Both the position numbers and the translations under genes were made by a program. From assembly GCA_951406725.2 (NCBI GenBank), contig OX597818.1, forward strand, positions 99,200,001 through 99,264,000: DNA of 64,000 nucleotides. The letters run 5' to 3'. Under the pieces are notes generated by a model. It was not told where the DNA came from. It made no database searches and saw only the letters and a list, made by a program, of their open reading frames with translations. Shown here one piece after another: positions 12,945 through 26,620 of the stretch (the stretch's first letter is position 1; each line of letters begins with the position of its first letter). Source of the DNA: Octopus vulgaris (taxonomy: Eukaryota).

Positions 12945-13176
12945 ACAGCAGAGCCTATAAATATTCAAAGCTAAATCCATGATGAGATTTCGAATTCAGC
13001 AATGCAAACTAACAATATTCTGTTCAATAGCACTTCTGAGACTTTCATGGGTTAGACAGTATTTAGTTTGGTGTCCTTCTACAAATGGATGAGCTGTGAA
13101 TTAGGTAGAATTGCCTCAAACAAATTGGATGATGAATATCAACCATTTTCTCAACTCTTTTATTCATATGCACTTT

Positions 13177-13552
13177 TCTATTCTTTTACTTGATTCAGTC
13201 ATTTTGACTGCAACCATGCTGGAACACCGCCTTTAGTCGAACATATCAACCCCAGGACTTATTCTTTCTAAGCCTAGTACTTATTCTATCGGTCTCTGTT
13301 ACCAAACTGCTAAGTAACAGGAACATAAACACAGACACACAAACATATACATACACACACACACACACACACACGCACATATACATACACACGATGGGCT
13401 TCTTTCAGTTTCCGTCTGCTGAATCCACTCACGAGGCTTTGGTTGGCCTGAGGCTATAATAGAAGATACTTGCCCAAGGTGCCATGCAGTGGGACTGAAC
13501 CCAGAACCATGTGGTTGGGAAGCAAGCTTCTTACCACACAGCAACTCCTGCA
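13177..13552 (-). mobile_element. SINE family A, near full length
   Basis: Reverse-complement homology to 11825-12128; same layout as 57610-58024. Confidence 0.88.
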
Positions 13553-15994
13553 TTTATATATTTAATATATGTTGCAAAGCTTTGACCTTTTAAATATTAA
13601 ATTTGTAAAAATATAGATTATATATATTTAGTTTGGCTAAATGACACAAACTAAGATGAGTTAATCTTATTTCAAATCAAAAGGGTCTTTCACACAACAA
13701 ATTATAAGCATTGGATACTAGTAATTGGCTGCAGCAAGTATTCTGATGTTCTTAGTAATATTACTTAGTTCTCAAAAGAAATGCGAGTTGTATCTTTCAA
13801 TCACTTATAACTAAAATATTCTCATCAGTTTACGGCTATTTGTTGACTACTCTTTGTATGAAAATTCCAAATTATAAATACAGCAGAAAGAATTAGAAGA
13901 GTAATCACACTTCAGACACTTTATAATAAACAAACATATGCAAGGAACACTAAGTGAATCCTATTCTTTTCCTCTCTGAATGAATTTATGATATTGCTTA
14001 TAGTAGTAAAAATTTCTGCCCCAGCATGTCAAATTAAGAAATGAGTAAATAATCCAAGCAGGATCCTCTAGCCATAAGTAAATGTGAGGCATATCTCTTC
14101 CCATGTACAAAAACAAATTAACCAAATTATGAAGAAGGGTACAAAGAATTATTTATCATACACAATATACAATGCCTACAAGTAAATATGAGCAATTCAC
14201 AAGCAATGCAACTTAACTGCATGGCCATTTTCCTCTACCTTACTAAGACTTACATAAAGATTAAATGACAATATTAAAAAAGAAAAACAAAATAATCGCC
14301 AAAACAGCTACTTAAGTTCAATTATACAGGTGTTAGATAGTAAAGATTCTTAAAAATTTTCAGGTACAAATGAATACTGACTCTTACATTACATTCATAT
14401 AAATCAATAAGTAAAGGAATATATGAAAATGCAATGTTGAAATGTAGGAGATGTAAACATGTATAAATGTGTGTATGCACAATATATCTTAGAAAGTGAT
14501 GTAGACAAAATTAATAGCACTAGCAACCTTTAACCAATTTCTTTTATAAGACAATAGGCCAATTATATGTTGGTTGTAGTGATTTGCCAGCATTAAATTC
14601 TTCAATAAAATCATAGCAATCCAGTATGAAGAAATCCTCTGCCACAACCATCTATTCCTACTAGGATAATTAGATTCCACTTCTACTACTATCAAATAAT
14701 ATCACAGTATCACAAATCAATGAGAACCTCTACAAGGTCAGGTCACCTGCAATAAATAATAATCAAATCTTCTTCACATCACACCCTAATCTTTAAAAAG
14801 AAAGGACACAATGAACTGTATTCCTAGTTATACAAAAACATCAACAAATAACAGCAAAAAACTGCATTTTACTCCCTTAAATGTGTTGTGAAAATATACA
14901 GTATATATCTTTTCAGGTTATGTATAGGTATTCCTTAAAATACTTTTTATAAATCTAGCTTGGTGTTCAAGCTATCACTGCTATCTCCACTATACTAAAG
15001 GCAAACTATTGATTTAAACACTATGCCACAGATATATAAGAATGGGGAAATTTGTCATTTATTCCTTTCCTAAGTATATTAGTATTATAAGAGTTCAACT
15101 GGACATTAAAAACTATATTTTGAAACTCAGCTTGCCTATCACTTATTGTACAGTTCTCACTACTGAGCTTATCACTTATTATACAGATCTCACTACTGAT
15201 GAAAAATTACATTAAAAGCAGTTAGATGTCGAAAGGAGCTAGTTTTATCATCATTGTGCATAGAAGAAATGAAAACAATAATCACTCACAAAGACAGCTA
15301 AGATAATAACAAAAGTACTTTGATACAAATTGCTGTGAATAGATATTTGGGAGAAAAATCTATCAAAGTAAATTAGTAAACAAACAGACTAAAGTTCTCA
15401 ACAAGTACTTGTGAATAAGAGTGATGCAATGAATATCATTCTTTTTTAATCAAGTTCAAACGGCAGCATGAATGATTTAAAGTTAGTTTCTTAACACAGT
15501 GTATGAATTAAACAACTTAGCAACCAACGATTGATGTAATGAGAAAATGGACAAAATGATAAATAGTTGAAAGCATATGAACTAAGGATAGAAGTTTTTA
15601 TTAAGAGTAAACTGTTTTAATATCCTTGGTATATAGGTGTGTGTGTGTGTGCTTTCATCTTCACAACAAAATATTTCATTCATATTAAACACACATGCAT
15701 GCATATATGTATTTTATATGTAAATATATACAGGGTGTTCAGGCTACACTTGATGATCTTTCATGTTTCCGTTTTTTCAGAAAAAGCTTGATGTATTAGT
15801 GAACAGTCAAGTCTCTCTTTCTCTCTCTCTCTCTCTCTCTGTATATATATATATATATATGTGTATGTATGTATATGTATATATTTATATATGAATATGT
15901 ATATATCTATCTATATATATATATAATAATATATATATATATACATATATATATATGTATGTATTCATATATAAATGCATATGTACGTGCGTAT

Positions 15995-16218
15995 TCTTTT
16001 ATTCTTTTACTTGTTTCAGTAATCTGAATGTGGCCATGCTGGAGCACTGCCTTTAGTTGAGCAAATAGACCCCAGGACTTATTCTTTGTAAGCCTAGTAC
16101 TTATTCTATCTGTCTCTTTTGCCGAACCACTAAGTTACGGGGATGTAAACACACCAGCATCAGTTGTCAAGCAATGTTGGGGGGACAAACAGACACACAC
16201 ACACATATATATGACAGG
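15995..16218 (-). mobile_element. SINE family A, 3' half
   Basis: ttcttttacttgtttcagt...gaccccaggacttattctttgtaagcctagtac, shared with the copies at 13177 and 57610. Confidence 0.82.
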
Positions 16219-16550
16219 TATATTCTGTATTTTTGTTATTTTTTATTTGCCCTGTTCGTGTGAGCTAACAATCGTACTGACTTTCATGGGAAACATATAT
16301 TTTTGTGGTTGAAACCTTTTGGATTAACTAGTGCTAGAGTGAGCCATATAGTGACCACTCTCTTATATTTATTTTGTAAAAATATTGTAATATATTATAA
16401 AATATTATAATAATCCAGGTTTCTCGGAGCACTGGGCCACTTGGTGTTGAATGGATATACTATTAAATTAGTATCTAATTCTCTCACCCTTATTAATTAA
16501 TTACATATATATATATATATATATATATATAACTCACTTTGATATTTATC

Positions 16551-16590
<40 letters not shown>

Positions 16591-16868
16591 CATATATATA
16601 TGTGTATGTGTGTGTGCTTGCATACATACATACATATATATATAGATGTGTGTGTATGTATCTGTGCCTGTGTCTGCATATACATGTGTATATATATACA
16701 TAGATATATGAATATATATCATATATACATATAAGTATATATATGTGTACATTGTATATATATATATACATATTTATACATAGATGTGCATTACTCCATA
16801 TATACAAACATATAATATACATATATACATACATATATATACATATATATATATATACATAGATATAC

Positions 16869-17058
16869 ATCATCATCATTTAGCGTCCGTTTTCCATGCT
16901 AGCATGGGTTGGACGGTTTAACTGGGGTCTGTGAAGCCGGAAGGCTTCATCAGGCCCAGTCAGATTTGGCAGTGTTTCTACGGCTGGATGCCCTTCCTAA
17001 CGCCAACCACTCTGCGAGTGTAGTGGGTGTTTTTTACGTGCCACCTGCACAGGTGCCA
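16869..17058 (-). mobile_element. SINE family C with (TGA)n tail (RTE-type tail)
   Basis: catcatcatttagcgtccg...ggatgcccttcctaacgccaaccac; other copies at about 18700, 45601, 48130, 55760 and 63350. Confidence 0.82.
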
Positions 17059-17178
17059 GATACATATATATATACATATATATACACATACATATATATA
17101 TATATATACATATACACACACATATATATATATACATATATACAAACATACATATACATATATACACAAACACACATT

Positions 17179-17228
<50 letters not shown>

Positions 17229-17421
17229 TATATATATAAATTCATATATATATAAATTCATATATATATACATATACACATATATATATACAGACGCATA
17301 TATTAATACACACACTCACACACAGATAGTTAATAGTGAGGTGTTATCAAAATACTTCATAAGCTTTGTGTTGGAACATCAGGTTAATAATATTGTTTAG
17401 ACTAGTGAAGAACTCCAAGTA

Positions 17422-17497
17422 TAGCATAGGAAGAGAATTAGCATAGGAAGAGAATTAGCATAGGAAGAGAATTAGCATAGGAAGAAAATCAGCATAG
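17422..17497 (+). repeat. 17-bp tandem repeat (about 4.5 copies) at the 5' junction of an RTE fragment
   Basis: Unit tagcataggaagagaat. Confidence 0.9.
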
Positions 17498-18625
17498 ATG
17501 TGATGCAGTTTGGATTTGTACCAGAGAGAAGCACCACTAATGCTATCTTCCTGGTGAGGCAACTGCTGGAGAAGACCTGGCCAAAAATAAACCTGTTTTG
17601 ACTTTTGCTGACATGAAGAATGCCTTTGACAGGGTCCTCCACTCTCTTATCTGGTGGGTAATGAAGAAGCTAAGGATAGGTAAGAGCTGTACAAGCCATG
17701 TACAGGGATGCTGTTAGTAAGGTAGGAGTTGTCAATGAGTATAATAAGGAGTTTAGTGTACAAGTAAGAGTCCACCAGGACTCAGTTTTTTGTCCCATCT
17801 TATTTAGCATGATCCTCCAAGCTGTAACTGAGGAATTTAAAATTGGCTGCCCTTGGGCACACCTCTATGCCAATGACCTTGTTCTTATTGCTGAATCACT
17901 ACCACGTATGGAAGCAAGGTCTGGAATCAAAGGGCTAAGGCCCTTTGATTTAATTTAGCAAAGATCAAAGTATTGATAAGTAGGAAAACAAACAAATTGC
18001 AGATTCCTTCAGGGAGATGGCCCTGCTCAATATGTAGAAAAGGTGTTGGGAGAAGCTCCATAATGTGTACCCTGTGAAAACTATGGACACACAAGAAGTA
18101 CAGCAGTATCACTGAATGACTAACAGAAAAAATAGTTTTTATATGTAGCAGATGTGTAGGTACATTAAACACCAGGAAGGTAGAAAAAATAGGCTCTCTC
18201 ATATATCAGCAGGGGTCTTTAGAAGTAGTAGACAATTTCCATTACTTAGGTGACCAAGTTAGTAGTGTGGGTGGTTGTTCCGAAAGCATAGCTGCTAGAA
18301 TAAGAATAGGCTGGGTGAAGTTCAGAGACCTACTACCTCTGTTAGTAATGAAAAGTGAAAGTGATTTGAGAGAAAAACTGGGTTATGTAGCATCAGATTT
18401 AGTGCACAAGAGAGAAGACTGTGCTGGTATGGCTATGTAATGAATAGGAATGAAGACATGCATCAAGAGGTGCCAATCTATAATTGCAGAGGAAACATGT
18501 GGAAGGGGTAAATCCAGGAAGACGGGGAATAAAGTGGTGAGAAAGGATCTACAGAAGCTGGGACTCACAAATGGGATGACAGGGAACCGAGTTGCCTGGC
18601 AGTTTGCTGTACTTGGAAAGACATG
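17490..18625 (+). mobile_element. RTE-clade LINE ORF2 fragment, degenerate
   Basis: QFGFVPERSTTNAIFLVRQL, FADMKNAFDRV, VRVHQDSVFCPILF, LYANDLVLIAES, Cys-rich WPCSICRKGVG, and C-terminal GRGKSRKT. Confidence 0.92.
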
Positions 18626-18699
18626 TCAAGCTAAAAGCATGGTTACCCTTGAATACAGACTCATCCCCTGCAACCCTCTCCAACTGAGCATCTCTAATC

Positions 18700-18905
18700 T
18701 TGTGGGCTCATAGGTGCTGCTGCCACACAAAAAGCACCCATGGCAGTGCTGCATAAAAGCACCCAGTACACTTTGTAAAGTGGTTAGCATTAGGAAGGGC
18801 ATCCAGCTGTAGAAACAATGCCAAAACAGGCATGGAGCCTGAACAGCCTTTCGGCAGGTCAGCTCCTGCCAGCATGGAAAGCAAATGCTAAATGATGATG
18901 ATGAT
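18700..18905 (+). mobile_element. SINE family C copy
   Basis: gtggttagcattaggaagggcatccagctgtagaaac...aaatgatgatgatga. Confidence 0.8.
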
Positions 18906-20639
18906 ACATATATACCACTGACAACAGGCCAACTGGTGCATTTAAATTGCCACTCCTCATTGACAGATAGAATATGTAAGAACAAGATGATAAAAAGTGC
19001 ACAAATGGTTTTGGAAGGCAGATATATATATATGAACTAATGTCATTGTGCTACAATGAAATAAACGTTTATAAACTGATTTTAGGGAACTTTATTAAAA
19101 ATACATTTATAATATCTACAGAATGATTTCATGAGCACATCACTAAATTTTTTAATCAATGTCACTATCAAACAAAAGCCTAATTTTACTACTATTAAAG
19201 CAAGCCCTTATTCCTTCATGATCCTTCCCACCACTTAACCAGCCTCTACTCACTTTGTCCTGCCACTAGAATAATATTATATAAAAGGTGACCTAGTTAT
19301 GTCATTCACAAACACATATAAATACCTATAATCATAGGTGGAGAGGTAAAGTAAAATGTTATTATTGTCGTTGTAAGCAGAACTTTTTTAAAAAAGGGAT
19401 CAATTATCTCTCCTCAGAACTGTAGTGACTTCATTTAGGCATAGAGTAGATTCGAACCGGAATCTGCCACTTTCCCTTAACATTGCAACAGCATTTTTCT
19501 CAAAGAAAAACAATAGTGACAGCAGCTGAATTGAACACATGGCATCAGCTAAGCCGATTTATGTCTTTGCCACTTGACCCTTTTAACTTCTTGATGGAGT
19601 GGAGAATGGAATTGAGATAACAGTCAACCCCCACCCCATCCCCAAAGTATATCCATTGTCTTTGCAGTATATCTATTTTTCTAACTAGCTTTGTATAGTT
19701 ATGAATACAAGAACTCCATACACCAAAGTCAGTTAGTGAGAACTGAGTCTGGCTGACTAGCTAAACGAAACACTGTCTCTGAAGGAAAAGGCACAAAGAC
19801 AACTATGGTAACTCACCAATGAAGCAGTTGTTTCATCCCATCATTCTCACTTTCACTTACTCACTTTTTCTTCTCTACAACATCACTCTATCTAGCTTTC
19901 CCTGCCGCTAGAATGACATAAACACAAACATACTTATACATGAAAAATCTATGATATCTCTCTTTACCTCACATTCTTTACGAATTATACATACCAGCAC
20001 ATCGTGGTTGGCTACAACAATTATCATAATAAATACCACTACAACTGGTCACCCCATCTAGAAAGAACTACTTCCTTCTGATGCAACAAGAGCCATTACA
20101 TATTGTTACAACTACCATAACAGACATTGTTACAGAACTTTAGATATTTCTCTCAATCTAATGGAAAACCACCACCATCACCATCCTATATTTTATATTA
20201 ATGATGCACCAAAACAAAATATAAGGAAATATGCAGTAGCACATTTCCATGAATAAACATACAAATACTTACATACATGCACATAAGTATTATGATTTTC
20301 GTGGCTGAACTAACGTGTTAGCGAAAATACGATTTGCAAGTCTAAACACATACACACACACGTGTGTGTGCACAAAAGTAACCTGCAAAAACTAAGTTAA
20401 CATGTATTTTACAAATACTTAAATACAAATAAGTAAACATAAATATATATACATTGTTGTGTCTTAGGAGGGACATTCCGCTAATAATAATAAACACATG
20501 CACTAGACTGTGCATATATATATATATATATATATATCCATCATCTACATGTACATAAAAACAGGTATATTTACTTACATATATGCACATCATGTAGACA
20601 TATAGAACTAATCCTCATAACCCACTGGATGTCTGAAGT

Positions 20640-21500
20640 TTTGGAGCTTCTTTATATTATTTATCAATGTTGTCTTGCTCTTGGAAACTTCAACAAAATC
20701 AATATTATTGCTTTATCATCAGGAAAATCAATTGGTATGAGAACTTTCTATTTAAGTTAGCTACCTCCAGGTTTTAATACTGATCTCTTCTCTTGGATCA
20801 GAATTTGTCCGATTACTCCAGTGCAGAATGTGCTGATGGAATTCTCTCTTGGACCAGTCAATTAAAATCAGGTGTACCCCAAACTTTGGTTTTGTTATTC
20901 CACACTCTTCCATTTGTACTTCAATGATCATGCTGTAATCACTTAACAAAACTCACTCATATGCTGATGATTCAACATTTCACTCCTTAACCTTCCACAT
21001 ACAAATGAATTTCATATGCAAACTAGTAATTTTACACCAGACTTTCACTGCATCCAAGAAGGTAAAACTCAAAAACATTCTCTTTTAGGTTTATGACAGC
21101 TCATTTGTGGTCATAAAGCTACAGTAGAATGTTTTTAAGTTATAACTTTAATCTCTAACCATTTTACAATATATATCAAGGAAATAACTTATATCATACC
21201 CTCCCTACACATGAACAAACATTGAAATTATCTACAGAGACAAGATTTCACAATCTCATGAGCTCAAATATGGTGTCATGTAATATTGCCAAGATTGCAT
21301 TCCAAAACATAGGATTCATCTTCTGAGCCAGAGAATATTTAATCCTGATCAGATGATAACCTTCTTAAAAGATCAAGTCAGAGTCACATTAAAATACTGC
21401 TCAAATGCCTGAAACAGTGCTACTACTATTACATACAAATAACCTAGGCACATCTAACAAAAAGCTATCCAACTTACAAGCAAAAATTCATTTAACCACA
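20640..21500 (+). mobile_element. CR1/Jockey-like LINE RT fragment, highly decayed
   Basis: SGVPQ (about 20868) and HSYADDST (about 20955) in the expected order. Confidence 0.65.
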
Positions 21501-21957
21501 TGCTGCAACCACATGATTTGTTTCTCTGAAGTAGCTCACAGAATATAAGGTAGCTGCTGCTGTTGCATGCATGTGTGTCACTTTCAAATGACACATATCG
21601 ACTTCTTGTTGATTTAATGTGTGTACATGTATATGTGCGTATTTGTGAGAGTGCAATTATTGTGCATATATAAGAACAGACAGGCAAGTAAGCCGGAAAA
21701 CAGGCAAGCATTACTATGCAGAATGAATCAATTCAGTAGGTGTCTTTGCCAAAGATTACTAATGGTAATGCCAAATGCAAAAAATTCTAAGAAAACCTAT
21801 AGACTTTCGGCTAGTACAGATGGGAGTGATTCCAAGATTTTCATTTTTTAAAGACTTGGCAAATCATTTACAACTAAGAAAACCTTTAATAAGTAAACAG
21901 AAGAGTATTTTTAGTAATCTTCATACTTCATTTCAACTGCCACAAATCAACCAACAT

Positions 21958-21994
<37 letters not shown>

Positions 21995-22289
21995 ACAGCA
22001 GAATAGTAACAATGATATGAAAGAGAGGGGAAGGGTGAGACATGTGGTGCAAAAGGAGAGTGAGTGTTATATGAAGGTGGTGAGAGAGAGGGAATTTGGT
22101 AGATCAATGTAAAATGTGAGTGAGTGGGACACTGTTAATAAAAGATGGATGTCAAGCGAAGTGGTTTCAGGTAGTGAGAAAGATAACGGGTACCACAGAA
22201 AAAAAATGATGAAATATGCAATTCCGCTTCATTTATTAAAAGCAGTAGAATATTGCAGTTAGGCAGATGATGCAGAGTTCAGAACATGC

Positions 22290-22346
<57 letters not shown>

Positions 22347-23679
22347 TAAACTGGAAAACATTGCAAAATGGAGCTTGAAACAATACATGTCTGCTTAGAA
22401 TAGCAAACCACCATGGCCCTTTTTGTAATAAGGCCAACTTTAACATTGAGAGTATAGTGTTTCTTTCAAGAGCATAATGCAGTGATGGTGGTCGAATATG
22501 AATAATAAACCTTTTAATCAATAAACCAGCACCTACACAATTCAAGCAAAATACATGAATATAAAAAACTCTTGAAAGATTAGGGCTGAAATTGGTTTTC
22601 TACAGTCATATGGCTCTCTCACTTAAACGATAAATTTTTATCAATATTGGTGCATCTAAACATAAAGATTTCCTCAAGTAATCTACTTCTCTGTTCATTC
22701 AAAAATATTTCCATTTATTATGTAAGCAAACTTTCTATAAAATTCTTCAATTTATTTGTATAATTTTCTTTGCTTCAATGCAAATGATAATGACTAGCAT
22801 AAGGTAAAAAATTTGTTTCGAAAGGGATAACAACAACTGAATCAACCCAATACATTATTGGAGCTAATTTTATTAAGCATGAAGACATAAATGGCAAAGG
22901 TAAACCCGAAAAGATTTGAATGCAGGATGTATATAAAATAAATACCAGGCAAATAATAAAATAAATTTTTTTTCTTCTCTACACCAAAATATGTGGCTTT
23001 GTACAATTGTTACTGACAGAGCGTTAGACAAAATTAAAATTATTATTATGCTTAGCACAACAGATTCACAGAAACAGTAGAATGTCAGACAAAATGCCAT
23101 ACAATAGTATTTAGTTGTGTTTCTTTTCAATATGATTTCAAATCCCATTTTTTAAACTCTTTTCATCCATCCTGGATGGGTAAAATAACTGCTAGTCAAG
23201 TAGTAGGATGAATAAAATATTAATACACTTGTATCCAAAAACACATAGCTTTCTGCCCAAAAAGTTTTTATTATAACAAGTACAGGAACAATGCCAGCTT
23301 TTAAGAATCTCTTGTAATCTGCACTAATTTACAAGCAGGAACCTCAAATTCCCGCAGCCACTCATTTAGTTTACTGGTACCTTGAGCAGACTAGCACCTC
23401 GCATGGAACAGTATTTATAAAATTGCATCATTTATACTAATGAACAAAAACTGTATTTCATTTAGTAATTGAAGTAAACTTAATTTTTTGTTAATTTAGA
23501 ATGTATTGACCAAGGTGACCACACCTGGTTTGGAAAAGTCACTAAACTGGAAAGGGTATGGGATCAAAGGTTCCAGATGTTGTACCTGTGTTAGGAGGTC
23601 GATGATATCAACTCAAAATTGTTAACCTTGTTCCCTAAATTAGGAACAATTATCATTGTGATTTTTAATTATAATTATT

Positions 23680-23870
23680 AAGGCAGCAAGTCGGCACAGT
23701 TTTTAACATGTTGGACAAAATGCTTTATGTTCTGAATTCAAATTCTGCTGAGGACAACTGCCTTTCATCATTTCAGGTTTAATAAGTAAGAACTAGTTGA
23801 GCATGGGAATCAGTGCAATAGCCTCATCCCAAACTTGCTGGTATTTGAGCCAAAATTTGAATTATTATTA
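23680..23870 (+). mobile_element. SINE family D (Nin/Deu-domain-like) decayed copy
   Basis: gttctgaattcaaattctgctgaggacaactgcctttcatc; homologous to 41020-41230 and 56494-56866; more fragments near 24400. Confidence 0.65.
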
Positions 23871-25959
23871 TTACATTTCAAATTGCAAAGTCAACTTTAC
23901 AACTTGTCCTTTAGGGAGTGATAAAATAAAATACCAGTCGTGTTAGGGTTAATTCAAGAAATGAGCCTCTATGGCTGAAATCTAAGGCCTTGTGCCTATT
24001 TTCGACACATTATCTTCTGTCAAATGGAGTGTGTCTGTGTGCGTGTACATAATTAGCATGTTTTCCTTTTAGTTGCTGCATGAGATTATTAAAATATTTG
24101 GAGTATTCACTATGTTCCTACAGCATATAACTATATAATTAAACATATTTTGTGCAGGTGTGTGCATGTGTCTGTGTGTGTATATGACAGCATTGGTACA
24201 TGTGGATGCTGAGTAAGAGAGAGCTGTTTAACTTGTAGAGATTTGTTATTTGATTCAGTTTAATTTTTTTTTTTTTATCCAATGAACAGGATTAGCCTCA
24301 GGATGGGAGTACAAATTATCATCATTATCACAATTATTAAATTTTCCAATTCAAAAGAGGGTGGTGGAAGGTAAAAGTAGTGGAACGACAGACTAAATAT
24401 CTTTACATAATCTAGTGAGTTACTTTACATCTGGAATTCAAATCCTGCATGGGACAACTTTACCTTCCATGCTTCTGAGGTTAATAAATCAAGTACAGAT
24501 ATGAGCTATTGACAGTAAAGTTAACAATATCATTTCAATGAAATAGGTAACCTTGTTTCCAATTCACAACAAATGCAAAACCTCTTCAGAGGTTGATAAA
24601 TTAAGTACATGCAGTCTCCAGTCAGAGGATTTCACACTCATGGAAATTGTAAAGTACGACCATTAATTCTGAGACACAATCTATAATTTTGCCCAAATGG
24701 TAACTTGGGTAAATTTAAAAAATTAGAAAACTACACTTTCTTTTTAGCCTAAATGCCTCTTATCTGCATTCTAGTGAAGATCAAAGTAGATAACAATTTG
24801 AAAAACTATAATCACAAAACATAGATCTATATAGTGTATGTGTATATGTGTGTATAAGAGAGGTGCATGTATACAGGTATTTCACCATGTATCACCATAA
24901 ACACTTATGGAGTATGAAACAAATTTTTTCAGTGAATATTTCTGTGTGGTTGTGTATATTTTGTGAGGTCACAATGAACATCTGTCTATCTATATAACAT
25001 TCATCACCACAACTTTCCACCAATGCCAACACAACAATACCGAAAACAAAACCAGTACAACCAGCCATTACCAACCCACCAACTTCTAAATGACCAAGAA
25101 CAACAGTAGCAATAGTATGGACAAAATAAGCATCGCTACCTAAAATAAAAATCTATCACAGGATATGATGTGGTACCTAGAGTATTTTAAAAGTTGAACG
25201 AAATATCTTTGATCTTAGTTTGAATGAAGATTAAGTGAAACTAAACAGGAACAATACAAGAACAATATGTCCACTGCCTCCAACCAACAACATCATCCAC
25301 CCTCACCAACACCAAAATAATCACTGCCACTATCAACACACCAATGTCTGAACCAACTGGTAACAATAATAACATAAGCATATCAATGTTTGTAGTTATG
25401 TATGTTGCAAGTCAACACAACAGGTGTGTGTGTGTGTGTGTATGTGTAGATTGTGGAGTTTTTATAATTAAGTCAAAGATACAAGAACGAAATGCCCTTG
25501 AACCTGGAAAACCTTCAACTGTAATCATAATGTACCTCCTTCTACCTTACTCCTTTGCCCTTCTATCTTTTTTCCATGAAGAATATGACAATTTTTTGCT
25601 TTTACAAAAAAGTTCTTTCCTGGTTTTGTTTCTTTTTTTTATTACATATTTATTGTGGATAGTTGTTGATTGACGCTACTGTTAAATTTACCTACAATTC
25701 AAAATGTTTGGAATTGAAGTGAAACGGAAGGCAGTAGTGAAAATAGGATCTGTAAAAGGCTTGATGGAGCAGGAAGAAAAAACAGCCACATTACCAAACC
25801 ATTAAAGCTTGCAGCATCTACAATAGAAACAGTATGTAATAATAGAGAGAAACTTAAGTAGAGTACTCAAGAAGTTCATTCTGTTGACTGTTTGGATCTT
25901 CATAGATCTAATGTGAAGCTTAAAATGGGGTAACTCTTGAGTGTATGAATCTAGGATAA

Positions 25960-26620
25960 GTATGGTGGTAACAAGAAAAAGAGTATGCATGACAAATTTT
26001 TAGAAAAAGAATGGTGAAACATCTAGTGAAAAATTATTTACATGTGTAAAGTGATTCACAAACATCTGCCATAGAATGATAGTGCCAGACATAAGATTTT
26101 CAACAAAACATTGCTTCTTTTAGACAGTGCACTGCAGTACCCAGTGAACTTACATAAGTTTTCCAATTAAGTGAGAGTGGAATATATCCCCAAGAATACA
26201 TCTTCTTTGTTGAGTTAATGAATCAAAATGTTTTAGCTATATTCAAGGCATATTACCTGAAAACTGTCAAATAAATTATGAAAGCAACTGACAAGGAGAA
26301 TAAACCAGTAGTTAGGGACTTCATAATAGATGAAGTGGAAAACAAAGCTGAATTATAGAATGAAGTGACACTTCCAATGTTGAATGATGTTTGGCAAAAT
26401 ATGCCAAGACAATATTCATGACTTTACAAGTTTTCTACAAGCAAAAGTCCAGATTCAGAAAGATATTGTGACACTTGCATATGATACAGGATTTGAAGAA
26501 GTCATAGAGGATGATGATAGAGATGTTTCTGTCCTACAGAAAAAGTTTATCCAACAAGGAACTGATACTGTTAGAACAAGAGCAAGCTGGGAATACAGAT
26601 AACATTATGAGGATCCATCA
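25960..26620 (+). mobile_element. Tigger/pogo DDE transposase relic
   Basis: LLLLDSALQYP, VEYIPKNTSSL and MNQNVLAIFKAYYLK match the Tigger consensus LLLLDNAPGHP / FLPPNTTSLIQPMDQGVIxxFKAYY. Confidence 0.78.

Noticed and set aside
16493-17400. YI/HT-rich ORFs (also near 1300-2030, 10790-11470, 33830-34310, 46260 and 51080)
   Set aside because: Translations of (TA)n/(CA)n microsatellites.
17422-17497. CRISPR-like array
   Set aside because: Contiguous tandem repeats with no spacers, no cas genes, and a eukaryotic context.
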